From the NCBI GenBank assembly GCA_040757555.1, contig JBFLWN010000002.1, forward strand, positions 19,116 to 83,115: a stretch of 64,000 bases of DNA. The letters are read 5' to 3'. Shown in pieces: positions 21,347 to 31,403 of this stretch. This DNA comes from Patescibacteria group bacterium. GTDB lineage: Bacteria > Patescibacteriota > Minisyncoccia > UBA6257 > GWB1-50-10. The notes beneath the pieces were generated by a model. The model was not told the DNA's origin, searched no databases, and was given only the letters and a program-made list of their open reading frames with translations. Both the position numbers and the translations under genes were made by a program. Numbering within the stretch: position 1 is the stretch's first letter; each line of letters starts with the position of its first letter.

Positions 21347-22630
21347 TTACGATTTAGATAGATAAAGCGTTGGATTGATATCTCCCCCAACTGGCATCGG
21401 TCCACACACACGGGATGCCTGCGTTCCTTCTGGAAATCCCGCACGTGCAGGAGTAAGTGTTTGAGAGGAAAAGACTGTAAAGTGTAAGTGTGGGCCAGTA
21501 GCCCATCCGGTCTTTCCCATATATCCAATAACTTGGCCCCTCTCTACTTTATCGCCTACAGAAACAATTTGGTGAGAAAGATGTCCATATAGTGTGGTAA
21601 GTCCGTTTTCATGTTTGATGACAATGAACTTTCCATATGCCGCTTTTCTACAAAATTTATCCTGATCACCCACATTTATTACTGTCCCTTTTTCGGCTGC
21701 AACAATTTCTGCACCTAAAAATCTCCCCATATCCAACCCATTATGATATTTGCTTTTATAATTTTTAGCTGCAAATGCGGTGGCCCCGTATCCTTGGGTT
21801 AATCTTCCTTCCGGCACCGGCCACAACAGAACTCCGGGACGCGGAAGAGGAAGAAGGTTGGGATCAATATTTTTTCTCATTTCAGTTTCTATTTTTTCAA
21901 TTTCTAGTGAAATCTCATCTTGAAGTTTTGTTAATTCTTCAATTTGCTTTTCATAAATGAGTTCCTGATTTTTTGTCTGTGATAACACCACCTGCTTTTC
22001 CTTTTTTTGATCAGCCAAAATCACCTGCCTATTTTGAAAATTCACCTTTTCAGCCGCCTTCTCTTGTTTTTTATTTTCCCCCTCCCTTATTTTTTTTGTT
22101 AAATCCATCTGAAGATTTTTCAATGCCTCGAGATTTTCATAGAGGTTACTATTGAGCGTTGAAATAGTACGTGCTTCAGCAACGCTTTCGGCAAGACTCT
22201 TGTTTCTTAAAAAAATAGTTAAAAAGTTTTCATTGTCCTTTTGTTGTAATTCAGAAAAGAGCTTCCCTATCGTTTCTTTTTTTTGGGCGATGTTTTTTTC
22301 TGTGTTTCCTATATCTCCAGTGAGGGAATCAATCTCGAGTTCAATTTTTTCTATAGCAAGGTTGTTTGATTTTACCAAAAGGTCGAGTTGGCTAATGGTA
22401 TTATCCATAGTCTTTATCTCCTTGGAAAGTTTCGTATTTGATTTGGCTACGGTCTCTAAATTTTTCTCTAGTGCCGCTCTCTGTTCCTGAAGTTCTTTTA
22501 ATCGTTCGCTTTTTTCCGCAATAAGATCCCGAAGACTTCCCCCGCTCGTTTGGGATTGAGCATAGGAAAAAAATGGCGCACAGAGCACAAATACAAGAAA
22601 AATACTAAAAACGAAAATAATTTTTTTCAT
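21347..22630 (-). CDS. M23 family peptidase with N-terminal coiled coil (EnvC-like)
   Basis: Signal peptide, long coiled coil, C-terminal HxxxD..GHLSH..GPHLHF. Confidence 0.8.
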   Translation of the reverse strand: MKKIIFVFSIFLVFVLCAPFFSYAQSQTSGGSLRDLIAEKSERLKELQEQRAALEKNLETVAKSNTKLSKEIKTMDNTISQLDLLVKSNNLAIEKIELEIDSLTGDIGNTEKNIAQKKETIGKLFSELQQKDNENFLTIFLRNKSLAESVAEARTISTLNSNLYENLEALKNLQMDLTKKIREGENKKQEKAAEKVNFQNRQVILADQKKEKQVVLSQTKNQELIYEKQIEELTKLQDEISLEIEKIETEMRKNIDPNLLPLPRPGVLLWPVPEGRLTQGYGATAFAAKNYKSKYHNGLDMGRFLGAEIVAAEKGTVINVGDQDKFCRKAAYGKFIVIKHENGLTTLYGHLSHQIVSVGDKVERGQVIGYMGKTGWATGPHLHFTVFSSQTLTPARAGFPEGTQASRVCGPMPVGGDINPTLYLSKS

Positions 22631-22640
22631 AGTAATAATA

Positions 22641-24059
22641 CTACGAACTTAGTTTTGCTATCGCGACAGAAATTCTTTCTAATGATTCTTTCTTTCCTAA
22701 TATCTCAAGAAGTTCAAATGGTCCGGGAGAGGCGGACTTTCCTGAAAGGGCGGCTCGAAGTGGCCACAATACATCTCCCCTCCCCCGCAGTTCAGCGATT
22801 GGATATATGAGATTTTCCAATGATGTGTGAGAAAAATCTTCATGAGGAATTAACGCATTTTGTATAAGCTTCAGATTTTCAAGCATTTCTTTTTCATTCG
22901 ATTTTTTCCATACAAGAAGTGTTTTTTCATAATCCTGAAGTTCGAAGAAAAAGCCGGCAAGAGAAACAAATTCCCCAAGACGTTTTATGCGTTCTCTTTC
23001 CACCTTAATCACCTTTCGAATGCGCTCTTTATCTTTTTTCCATTGTTCTGGAATAAATATATCGAGTGCGTCCACTAATTCATCATTACTCTTTGATCGG
23101 ATGTAATGCGCGTTCAACCAATCTAATTTTTCCGGATTAAAAATACCTCCCGCTTTCTGTACCCTCTCGAAACTGAATTCTTCAATCATCTCTTGAATAC
23201 TTAAAATTTCTCTATCTTTTTTTGGATGCCATCCGAGAAGTACAAGAAAATTTATCATTGCCTCAGGGAGATACCCTTCGATTTTATAATCATAAATCGA
23301 CTTTGCGAGATCTCTTTTAGAAAGTTTTTTCTTATTTGATCCAAGAATCAATGGAAGATGGGCGTAGACAAGCGGAGAAAATCCAAGTGCTTCTTGAAGA
23401 GCAATTTGACGTGGAGTGTTTGAAATATGCTCTTCTCCTCGCACTACGTGGGTAATATTCATTTCAAAATCGTCAACCACATTTGCAAAATTGTAGAGTG
23501 GCTCATCTAATCCTTTTGCAATAATAATATCTCCAATGAGTCTCGTATCGAATGTTACTTTCCCTCGAACAAGATCGTGAAACGAGATTTCTTTTTCAGG
23601 CACCCTAAAACGTATCACTCCACTTTCCTTTTCGAGGCGCTTTTTTACTTCTTCATCGGAAAGTGACAAACATTTTTTACTGTATTTTGGTGCCATTCCC
23701 TGGCTCAATTGTGCCTGATATTCATCTTCGAGTTCTTTCTCAGTGCAGAAACAGTAGTATGCATATTTTTTCTCCAATAACTGCTCAAGATAAAATCTGT
23801 ATCGTTCAAGTCTATCGCTCTGTCGATACAACTCGTCCCATGAAAGACCCAACCATTCCAAACTCTTTTTTATATCTTCTTCATATCGCGCCTCAGAACG
23901 CTGTGTATCGGTATCCTCAATACGAAGCACAAATAATCCTCCTTCGTGTCGGGCAAACAACCAATTAAACAACGCGGTACGCACCCCTCCGATATTTAGA
24001 GGCCCGGTCGGCGATGGAGCAAATCTCAATTTTACTTTTTTTCCTTCTTTTGGTGGCAT
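22641..24059 (-). CDS. gltX: glutamate--tRNA ligase
   Basis: LRFAPSPTGPLNIGGVRTALFNW (HIGH-like); KLSKR. Confidence 0.9.
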   Translation of the reverse strand: MPPKEGKKVKLRFAPSPTGPLNIGGVRTALFNWLFARHEGGLFVLRIEDTDTQRSEARYEEDIKKSLEWLGLSWDELYRQSDRLERYRFYLEQLLEKKYAYYCFCTEKELEDEYQAQLSQGMAPKYSKKCLSLSDEEVKKRLEKESGVIRFRVPEKEISFHDLVRGKVTFDTRLIGDIIIAKGLDEPLYNFANVVDDFEMNITHVVRGEEHISNTPRQIALQEALGFSPLVYAHLPLILGSNKKKLSKRDLAKSIYDYKIEGYLPEAMINFLVLLGWHPKKDREILSIQEMIEEFSFERVQKAGGIFNPEKLDWLNAHYIRSKSNDELVDALDIFIPEQWKKDKERIRKVIKVERERIKRLGEFVSLAGFFFELQDYEKTLLVWKKSNEKEMLENLKLIQNALIPHEDFSHTSLENLIYPIAELRGRGDVLWPLRAALSGKSASPGPFELLEILGKKESLERISVAIAKLSS

Positions 24060-24063
24060 ATAT

Positions 24064-25191
24064 TTATTTCTTTAATCCAAACATAATAATCTCTTCCGCA
24101 ATTTCTTTTGCTGCGTTTGGTTTTGAAAAATTCTTTGCGGCAACTTCCATTGTCCTCAACATATCTTCATGAGAAAGAAGTTCTTTTATTTTCGAAAGAA
24201 CAATGTGGGGAGTAAAGTTTTCCTTCTCCAACACAATTGCGGCTCCTGACTTTGCGTAACTATACGCATTTGCACGCTGATGATCATTTGCGGCACTTTC
24301 TAATGGCACAAGAATCGATGCCTTTCCAAAAAACGCAATTTCAAAAATAGTTGATCCGGAACGGGAAAGAATAATATCCGCTGCGGAAAACGCATTTTTA
24401 TACTGCAACACATCCAAAAGTTCAAATGAACAATAACTTGCATTGAGTTGCTCGCCCATCTCACGTTGTAATGATCTCACTATATCATCTGCTTCTCTTT
24501 TATTTCCGGGACCCACTTGATGAATAAGTTGTATACCATCCTCAATAAGTGTTTTCAAATTGTTAAAAATAAATGAATTTATCTGTGCCGCTCCCTGAGA
24601 TCCTCCCAAAACAAGAATAGTCGGTTTTGAAGAGTTCAACTTAAAATATTCTCTTGCTTGTTCTTTCCTGAATGCTCCTTCCATAATCTCTTTACGTATT
24701 GGATTTCCAACTACTGCAGTCTTTGATTTTGAAAAATATTTTACGGCTTCAGGAAAAGATACTGCGATACGTGTAGCAAAATGACCACAAAGACGGTTGG
24801 TAAGTCCCGGAACAGCATCCGAATCTTGAATAATAACGGGAATAAAATAAAATCGTGCGGCAAGTACTACGGGAAATGCACCTGGACCTCCTTTTGAAAA
24901 CACCACATCGGGCATAATTTTATATACCCAAAAGAGTGACTGGAAAAAACTCCAAAACAATTTTGGGATATCGATAAAGTTGGCAACAGAAAAATATCTC
25001 CTTAGTTTACTCGACGCAATTGAATACACCGCAATATTTTTTTCTCCCAAAATTGCATCAAATTGTCCCGGTGGCCCTACATACGAGAGTTGGATATTTA
25101 CATCGGGTATATTTTCAAATTCCTCAGTAACCGCAAGGAGCGGATATATGTGTCCTCCACTTCCTCCGCCGGTAAGTAAAACTCTAATCAT
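24064..25191 (-). CDS. murG: lipid II synthase MurG (undecaprenyl-PP-MurNAc-pentapeptide GlcNAc transferase)
   Basis: LTGGGSGGHIYPLLAV; GT28 fold. Confidence 0.9.
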   Translation of the reverse strand: MIRVLLTGGGSGGHIYPLLAVTEEFENIPDVNIQLSYVGPPGQFDAILGEKNIAVYSIASSKLRRYFSVANFIDIPKLFWSFFQSLFWVYKIMPDVVFSKGGPGAFPVVLAARFYFIPVIIQDSDAVPGLTNRLCGHFATRIAVSFPEAVKYFSKSKTAVVGNPIRKEIMEGAFRKEQAREYFKLNSSKPTILVLGGSQGAAQINSFIFNNLKTLIEDGIQLIHQVGPGNKREADDIVRSLQREMGEQLNASYCSFELLDVLQYKNAFSAADIILSRSGSTIFEIAFFGKASILVPLESAANDHQRANAYSYAKSGAAIVLEKENFTPHIVLSKIKELLSHEDMLRTMEVAAKNFSKPNAAKEIAEEIIMFGLKK

Positions 25192-25228
25192 AAAAGTGTA
25201 AAAAATAAGGAAAACTCAGCGTAAATCC

Positions 25229-26335
25229 TTAACGCCTATACCTTGATATGTTACCAATAATGCCACTCATCGTCAAAAAAACAGCAAGAGCGGTACCTCC
25301 ATAACTTACAAACGGCAATGGAACGCCGGTAAGGGGAAGGAGACCCGAAATTGCGCCAATATTTATAAATGCCTGGATCCCAATAAGAGAAACAAATCCA
25401 GTGGTAAGTATCTTACTAAAACTATCCGGCGAACGACGAGCAATCATAAATCCCCTTCCAAGAAATACCAAAAATCCAAGTAACACTGCCATCGAACCAA
25501 TAAATCCGAACTCTTCTGCAATAACCGCAAAAATAGAATCACCAATAGGTTCCGGTAAATATTTTAATTTTGTCGTCGATTTTCCAAACCCAACCCCATC
25601 AAGTTGACCCGATCCAATTGCCTGTTGTGCTTGATTAATATGGTAGGTCGCACCAAGCGGATCAGAACCCCCATCAAAAAATGTTTTCACTCGTTCCATA
25701 CGATATGGAGTAACGAGAATGAGGCCCACAAACATTACTACTGCGAGAAGGAGCGTGACCGCAATAAAACGAGCACGAGCTCCGGCAGTGATGTAGGAAA
25801 TAAGAGAAGTAAGAAAAATAATCACCGCTATAGTAGTAGAGGGTTGCATCACCAATAACCCCAACACCACTCCAAGAAAAAGGAGAAAAGGAAGAAGTCC
25901 CTTGGTTACTGTTTTACTTCGGGCTTGATTTCTACTTACCCATGAGGCAAGAAATAAAATAAATGTGAATTTCATCAATTCCCCCGGTTGAAACGAAAAA
26001 AAACCAAAAGAAAGCCATCGTTCAGATCCTTTTATTTCCAACCCAAATGGGGTAAAGACGAGAATGAGACAAATAACACTGAGGATGAGAAATGGAAGCG
26101 CAAATTTTTCCCAATATTTTAATGGAATAAAAAATGCAAGAAAAAAACCCACGATGCCAGGAATAAGTCCAAACATAATCTGATGTTTCAGATAATAATA
26201 GCTATCACCAAATTTCGCCTTGGAAAGATCCGATGACGCGCTGGTAAGCATAACAAGTCCAAATATTGTAAGGAGGAGCACGATAACAATAAAAACGAGA
26301 TCAGTGGTATGAGTTTTGTATGTTGAACCTCTCAT
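25229..26335 (-). CDS. ftsW: SEDS-family peptidoglycan glycosyltransferase FtsW/RodA
   Basis: About 10 TM helices; FQPGELMKF; SYGGTAL. Confidence 0.85.
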   Translation of the reverse strand: MRGSTYKTHTTDLVFIVIVLLLTIFGLVMLTSASSDLSKAKFGDSYYYLKHQIMFGLIPGIVGFFLAFFIPLKYWEKFALPFLILSVICLILVFTPFGLEIKGSERWLSFGFFSFQPGELMKFTFILFLASWVSRNQARSKTVTKGLLPFLLFLGVVLGLLVMQPSTTIAVIIFLTSLISYITAGARARFIAVTLLLAVVMFVGLILVTPYRMERVKTFFDGGSDPLGATYHINQAQQAIGSGQLDGVGFGKSTTKLKYLPEPIGDSIFAVIAEEFGFIGSMAVLLGFLVFLGRGFMIARRSPDSFSKILTTGFVSLIGIQAFINIGAISGLLPLTGVPLPFVSYGGTALAVFLTMSGIIGNISRYRR

Positions 26336-26341
26336 TTTTGT

Positions 26342-27841
26342 TTAATATGCTTTCAAAAGTGTTTTTCCTCCCCGCACATCTTCAATAACCCCTTCCTTCA
26401 TCACGTGTACTCCATTTACAAACACCTCAAACGCCATTGAGTCTTTAAAAATAACAATGTCGGCATAATATCCTTCTTTTATCTGTCCCCGCTCGCGAAT
26501 TCCATATTTTACTGCTGGAATTGAGGTATGTTTTGATATCAATCGCTCCAATGCAATATTTTCTTCTTTTGTAACAGCACTCATTGATGTAAAAATTGGC
26601 TGCCGTGGTTTTGAACTAAACTCGGATTTCGAAAAACTTGCACTCGCCGATGAAATAATGGAAACAGGAGAACTAATAAAGTCCCTCAGGGTTTTTTTAT
26701 CTACATCTTCTATCGCACACAGTATTGTCATGTGGGAAATTTGCATGAGGTATAACAGTGTGTTTCCGACTGACATTCCAAAACTTTTTGATATTTCTTT
26801 TAAAGACCTCCCGACAAGAGACGATAAATATTTCGGAGCAACCGCAATCACCACACTCTTCAGATCCAAATCAGAAAAATGATTCATAATTCTTTTTTTA
26901 AAACGTGGATTATGGAGGTGGATGAACGTTTCTTCAATGTGTTCATCATGAATCCAATGGGGAAGGAAACGATGAATAGGAATAATCCGCTCAAATGAAA
27001 TGGGAATATCAAAATTTATATTTGCCATCGCCGATTCTTGTTCGATAAGTGTTTTTGCTCCCTGATAATCATCGCTGTATTCTTTCGTCGGTATAAAATG
27101 GCTTATCTCTATTTTTATCCCGGTTTCTTTAGCAACCCTCAACACATCGTGGACAGCGGATCCAAGATGATCTCCAAAATTTCTTATATGAGTCGCGTAT
27201 ACCCCTCCTTTCTCTCCAACTATTTTAATGAGATTCGATATCTCTTTATATGGAATATGTTCTTCATGAGCCTCTTCAAAACCAGTCGAAAGACCAAATA
27301 CACCCTCTTTCAGTGCATCCTTCAAAATATTCTCCGTCATCTCATATTCGGAATCCGTGAGATCTCTCAATGCCCCTCCTGTTATAAAATTCCGAATTGT
27401 AGTGTATCCGATCAATGTTCCAAAATTGACTCCAAATTTTTTATTCTTTAATACACGGAATAATTCACGCATATCGTGCCAATGTATATTTGCGGATGAC
27501 ACTTGTGTATGTCCCCAGTCGGTTGAAACACCTTTTCTTGCAAGAGAGAATGGCGCAAGTGATTCACCACAATTTCCTCCGATGATGGTAGTAATTCCCT
27601 CTTTTAAAAAATCCCGTTGGAGAGGATCCGAAAAAATACTGAAATAATGATCCGAATGTGTGTTTATATCAATAAATCCGGGACATACGATAAAACCCGT
27701 TGCATCAATAACTTCATCCGCTTTTATTTTCGACAGTGATCCAATCCGTACAATACGGTCATTTTGTAGTAATACATCCAACTTTTGTGGCGCATCCAAT
27801 GTGCCGACATATAAAAGCCCGTTCTTTATAAGGGTCGTCAT
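26342..27841 (-). CDS. amidohydrolase-family protein (N-acyl-D-amino-acid deacylase-like)
   Basis: GFIDINTHSDH metal-binding start; amidohydrolase_3-like length. Confidence 0.65.
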   Translation of the reverse strand: MTTLIKNGLLYVGTLDAPQKLDVLLQNDRIVRIGSLSKIKADEVIDATGFIVCPGFIDINTHSDHYFSIFSDPLQRDFLKEGITTIIGGNCGESLAPFSLARKGVSTDWGHTQVSSANIHWHDMRELFRVLKNKKFGVNFGTLIGYTTIRNFITGGALRDLTDSEYEMTENILKDALKEGVFGLSTGFEEAHEEHIPYKEISNLIKIVGEKGGVYATHIRNFGDHLGSAVHDVLRVAKETGIKIEISHFIPTKEYSDDYQGAKTLIEQESAMANINFDIPISFERIIPIHRFLPHWIHDEHIEETFIHLHNPRFKKRIMNHFSDLDLKSVVIAVAPKYLSSLVGRSLKEISKSFGMSVGNTLLYLMQISHMTILCAIEDVDKKTLRDFISSPVSIISSASASFSKSEFSSKPRQPIFTSMSAVTKEENIALERLISKHTSIPAVKYGIRERGQIKEGYYADIVIFKDSMAFEVFVNGVHVMKEGVIEDVRGGKTLLKAY

Positions 27842-27919
27842 GTGTATTTATTATACCTCAAGTATGGCAGATATTAATCCACAAAAGAAAAACTGCAGGG
27901 ATATTCCTGCAGTTTTTTA

Positions 27920-28414
27920 TTAATCGATTTTAAAAAGAAAAGATGGTTTATTATTTAATCGGGTAAGGTTCTGATAATCGAGAACCTTGGGATTTCCCAT
28001 GAGCCAAGAGATGGACACTTCATAATCTTCTGATCGTGCATTCTTATTCAAGGATTTCATTATTTTTTCCGCATTTTCATAAAATGGGGAACGTATTCCG
28101 GAAGTCAATTCTAATGGACCATCATTATTTCCACTCAGCGTCCACTGCTGAATATCTTTATATGACGAGATTCTTGCCATACCGGAAAAATTCCAAAGTA
28201 TTTTTGTGTATCTACGTTCTCTTAAAAATACAAAATTCAAAATACCCCAACTCTTTGCCTTTCTTTTTCCATTTTTCTTTTCAACGTTTATACGAAAACT
28301 TGTAAAGATGAGCTTCTTTCCCCGAATTATTGAAAAGAGTGCCTCAATCGAAGAAAAGATCATTTCTCCAAAATCACTTTTTATTTCCATTGCTACCTCC
28401 AATATAGTTTTCAA
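27920..28414 (-). CDS. hypothetical protein
   Basis: ORF only. Confidence 0.4.
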   Translation of the reverse strand: MKTILEVAMEIKSDFGEMIFSSIEALFSIIRGKKLIFTSFRINVEKKNGKRKAKSWGILNFVFLRERRYTKILWNFSGMARISSYKDIQQWTLSGNNDGPLELTSGIRSPFYENAEKIMKSLNKNARSEDYEVSISWLMGNPKVLDYQNLTRLNNKPSFLFKID

Positions 28415-28446
28415 AAGCTATTTACACGATAACGCCCTTTCTCAAA

Positions 28447-29592
28447 CTATGTCAACTTTTTTAAAGATTCATTTTTGAACTCATTAAATCTATTTTCTTT
28501 TATGGACGTTCGTATTTTTTCCATAAGTGTATTAAAGAAAAATATATTATGAATACTCACTAAAGTTCCCGCTTCATTATCCTTTGATTTAAACATCTCT
28601 CTCAATTGTTTTTTTGGAATACCGGAAGCGCAGGCTTCACATCCACATCCGTGTTCTATCACTTGTGCATCGTCCTTGTATCTCCCCTTCTTTAAATCAA
28701 TTCTCCCCTGTGTGGTCCATGCGGAACCGTGACGAGCTTCACGCGTCGGAATCACACAATCAAATGTATCAATTCCTTTTTCCACTCCTAAAAATAAATC
28801 TTCGATTTTCCCGATCCCAAGAAGATGTCTCGGTTTTTCTTCGGGAAGATAATGAATCACCCACTCGAGTACTTCCCCCATTTTTTTCTCTCCAAACGAT
28901 CCCCCAATTCCAAACCCATCAAAAGGAAGCGCACCGATATATTTCGCACTTTCTTTTCTTAAGTCCTCAAAAATTCCTCCTTGCACAATACCATATAATT
29001 TCTGTGCACTTTTAGATTTCGACTCCAAACATATGTGCGCCCACCTATGTGTTCTTCCAAGTGCCTCCTTTTGGTATACATAATCATGTTCGGGGGAAGT
29101 ACATTCATCAAATGCAAATATAATGTCCGCCCCAAGTTTCTTTTGTATCTCCATTGAAAGTTTTGGCCCCAAAAAATGCTCTCCATTTTCGTCGGTAAAA
29201 AACACCCCCTCTTCAGTGATGCGCGTAAGATTTTCACTCGCCTTTTTCTTTTCTCCGCCCAACACCTTTCCCACTCCATGTTCACGACCGAATCCGAGGC
29301 TAAATACTTGAAATCCACCACTGTCCGTCATAATCACCGTGTTTGGAAGTTTCATGCGCGCATGCACTCCTTCAAATGAATCTAATTTTTCTCCAAGGGT
29401 AAGCCATAAATGATATGTGTTCGCGATGATGAGTTGTGTTTTTGCCTGCAATAATTGATCTGGAGAAACCGAACGCACTTCTGCATGCGTCCCCACAATC
29501 GCATATGATGGCGTTTCGACATCACCACTTGAGGTATGAATAATGCCCGCGCGAGCGCGGGAATCTTTATCGTTCTGTAAAATTTCAAACAT
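28447..29592 (-). CDS. tgt: queuine tRNA-ribosyltransferase
   Basis: ETPSYAIVGTHAEV; DECTSP; zinc site CGCEAC. Confidence 0.9.
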   Translation of the reverse strand: MFEILQNDKDSRARAGIIHTSSGDVETPSYAIVGTHAEVRSVSPDQLLQAKTQLIIANTYHLWLTLGEKLDSFEGVHARMKLPNTVIMTDSGGFQVFSLGFGREHGVGKVLGGEKKKASENLTRITEEGVFFTDENGEHFLGPKLSMEIQKKLGADIIFAFDECTSPEHDYVYQKEALGRTHRWAHICLESKSKSAQKLYGIVQGGIFEDLRKESAKYIGALPFDGFGIGGSFGEKKMGEVLEWVIHYLPEEKPRHLLGIGKIEDLFLGVEKGIDTFDCVIPTREARHGSAWTTQGRIDLKKGRYKDDAQVIEHGCGCEACASGIPKKQLREMFKSKDNEAGTLVSIHNIFFFNTLMEKIRTSIKENRFNEFKNESLKKLT

Positions 29593-29598
29593 TATAAA

Positions 29599-30621
29599 TT
29601 ATTTTTTGAAAAGCTGCGGATAAATATTAAAAAGAGTAAACAACAAACTGATAATCACTGGACCAAGAATAAATCCCATTGGGCCAAAGAATTGGATTCC
29701 TCCGATGACACCAAGAAAGATGATAAATGGATGAATATTTACTGTTTTTTCTATAAGTATGGGACGCAACACATTGTCGGCCATGCTCACCACAAAAATC
29801 CCCCATAATAAGAGCCCAAGTGCAAATAGCGGATTCACAAAAAAGAAAAGATATGCGACTGCGGGGATAATGACAATCATTGCTCCCACCGCAGGAATAA
29901 GCGCAATCAAAATGAGTACCAACCCCCACAACGCCGGATTGGGAATGCCAAAAATCCAAAACCCTATTCCCGCTAAGATTCCTTGTAATATGGAAATCAC
30001 CAACGTCCCCCTCACCACAGAACCCGCGGTAATCGCAAGGGTATCTAAAATTTGTCTATCAAATTTATCTTCAAGTGGACTATATGCGAGAATTGCTTCC
30101 CTAAATTTTGTTCCATCTTTCAAAAAGAAAAAGAGAGAAAGAAACATAATGATGAGCCCAACAACAAACTGTGTAATCCCGGAAAAAATAGATCCAAAAT
30201 TATTAAATACCCAATCAATTCCTTGTTTTGCATATTCATTTGCATTTGAAGAAAACGATGGAATGTAGTTTACAATTTTTCCCTGAATATATGTCACTAC
30301 TCCCTCACCTTCAAATATATTTCTTCCCGGCTCCGAAACATATTGATACATACTTTTACTCTCTTGAAATACTTTCGCACCGAAGAAAAAGAGCGGAACA
30401 AAAATAAGAAGAAACACAATAATGAGAGTAACCAACGCTCCAATTCCTTCCTTTCCACCAATAAATGTAGAGATTTTTTTATGCATCGGACCGAACACAA
30501 CAGCAAAAACTGCAGCCAAGATAATCGAATAGAGGTATGGGCGAAAAATAAAAAACGCAAGCACAATAGCTATTCCAAGTAGTATAAACAATGTGGTAAT
30601 TTGAAGTTTTTTATCTGCCAT
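29599..30621 (-). CDS. AI-2E family (PerM/UPF0118) transporter; start moved to the internal ATG at 30621
   Basis: 8 TM helices; AI-2E-like C-terminal region. Confidence 0.65.
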   Translation of the reverse strand: MADKKLQITTLFILLGIAIVLAFFIFRPYLYSIILAAVFAVVFGPMHKKISTFIGGKEGIGALVTLIIVFLLIFVPLFFFGAKVFQESKSMYQYVSEPGRNIFEGEGVVTYIQGKIVNYIPSFSSNANEYAKQGIDWVFNNFGSIFSGITQFVVGLIIMFLSLFFFLKDGTKFREAILAYSPLEDKFDRQILDTLAITAGSVVRGTLVISILQGILAGIGFWIFGIPNPALWGLVLILIALIPAVGAMIVIIPAVAYLFFFVNPLFALGLLLWGIFVVSMADNVLRPILIEKTVNIHPFIIFLGVIGGIQFFGPMGFILGPVIISLLFTLFNIYPQLFKK

Positions 30622-30652
30622 ACTATGAGTATATAGTATTTTATATTTGGTA

Positions 30653-31402
30653 TTAAGCCTTTTTCTCGTACATACCAGCGGCGTCACGATACGGACAGTA
30701 TTCACACTTATCCCCAGCATGAGGAATTGTTTCGCCGTCAAGACATTTTTTTATTTCGAGAAGCGTGCCCTCTATCCATTTATCATCTCCCGTATATGAA
30801 ATAATTTGTACCTTAAATTCAAGTTTTGCATCAAATGCTTCCTTATCTTTATCTCCATTTGCATACACAAAATATCCGGTATCGGAAACTTTAAAATCAC
30901 TCTTTCGCAACAACCATTGATATATTTCCATTTGTCGCTTGTATCCCCCACGATATTCTGCATCAAGGGTGATCTCACTCGTCGTTGATGTTGCTTTGTA
31001 ATCAACCACAATCAATTCTTTTTTTGGATTTACCCAAATATCGTCAACCGCACCGGTAATTACAAAATTTGTCGGGCGGTGAAAATATTGAATTCCCTTG
31101 AAATTTTCCCGCCATTCATCCATCATCTCATGCTGAAATGGCACCGCATCAATTCCATATACCTCCATAAGTGGATGTTTTGATCCGCGTGCACGATGGA
31201 TATCGAATTCTTTTTTAAGGAGTGTATCTACCGCGGAATTCAATGTAAAAGGAAATCCCGGGGGACGTCCCACCCCAAGTCTCCGATCGAGATAAAAACA
31301 CCGCGGACATTCCGTAAATAATTCTATCTTCGATCGACTCAACTTAAACGGATCTGATCCATTCGGATTATATAGGTTTCGAGAACGTTGTCCTTGTATC
31401 AT
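30653..31402 (-). CDS. Cas4/RecB-like PD-(D/E)XK nuclease with N- and C-terminal Cys cluster; start moved to MIQGQ
   Basis: CPRC..; VDDI..IVVDYKAT; QMEIYQWLL; C..C-x2-C at C-terminus; start codon abuts the upstream stop. Confidence 0.6.
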   Translation of the reverse strand: MIQGQRSRNLYNPNGSDPFKLSRSKIELFTECPRCFYLDRRLGVGRPPGFPFTLNSAVDTLLKKEFDIHRARGSKHPLMEVYGIDAVPFQHEMMDEWRENFKGIQYFHRPTNFVITGAVDDIWVNPKKELIVVDYKATSTTSEITLDAEYRGGYKRQMEIYQWLLRKSDFKVSDTGYFVYANGDKDKEAFDAKLEFKVQIISYTGDDKWIEGTLLEIKKCLDGETIPHAGDKCEYCPYRDAAGMYEKKA

Positions 31403-31403
31403 T

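Noticed and set aside
21337-21528. 63-aa minus-strand ORF overlapping the M23 peptidase C-terminus
   Set aside because: It is an in-frame shadow nested within the 21347..22630 gene, and the longer ORF carries the M23 motifs.
29627-30268. 110-aa minus-strand and 169-aa plus-strand ORFs
   Set aside because: Both lie inside the AI-2E transporter gene on alternate frames or strands.
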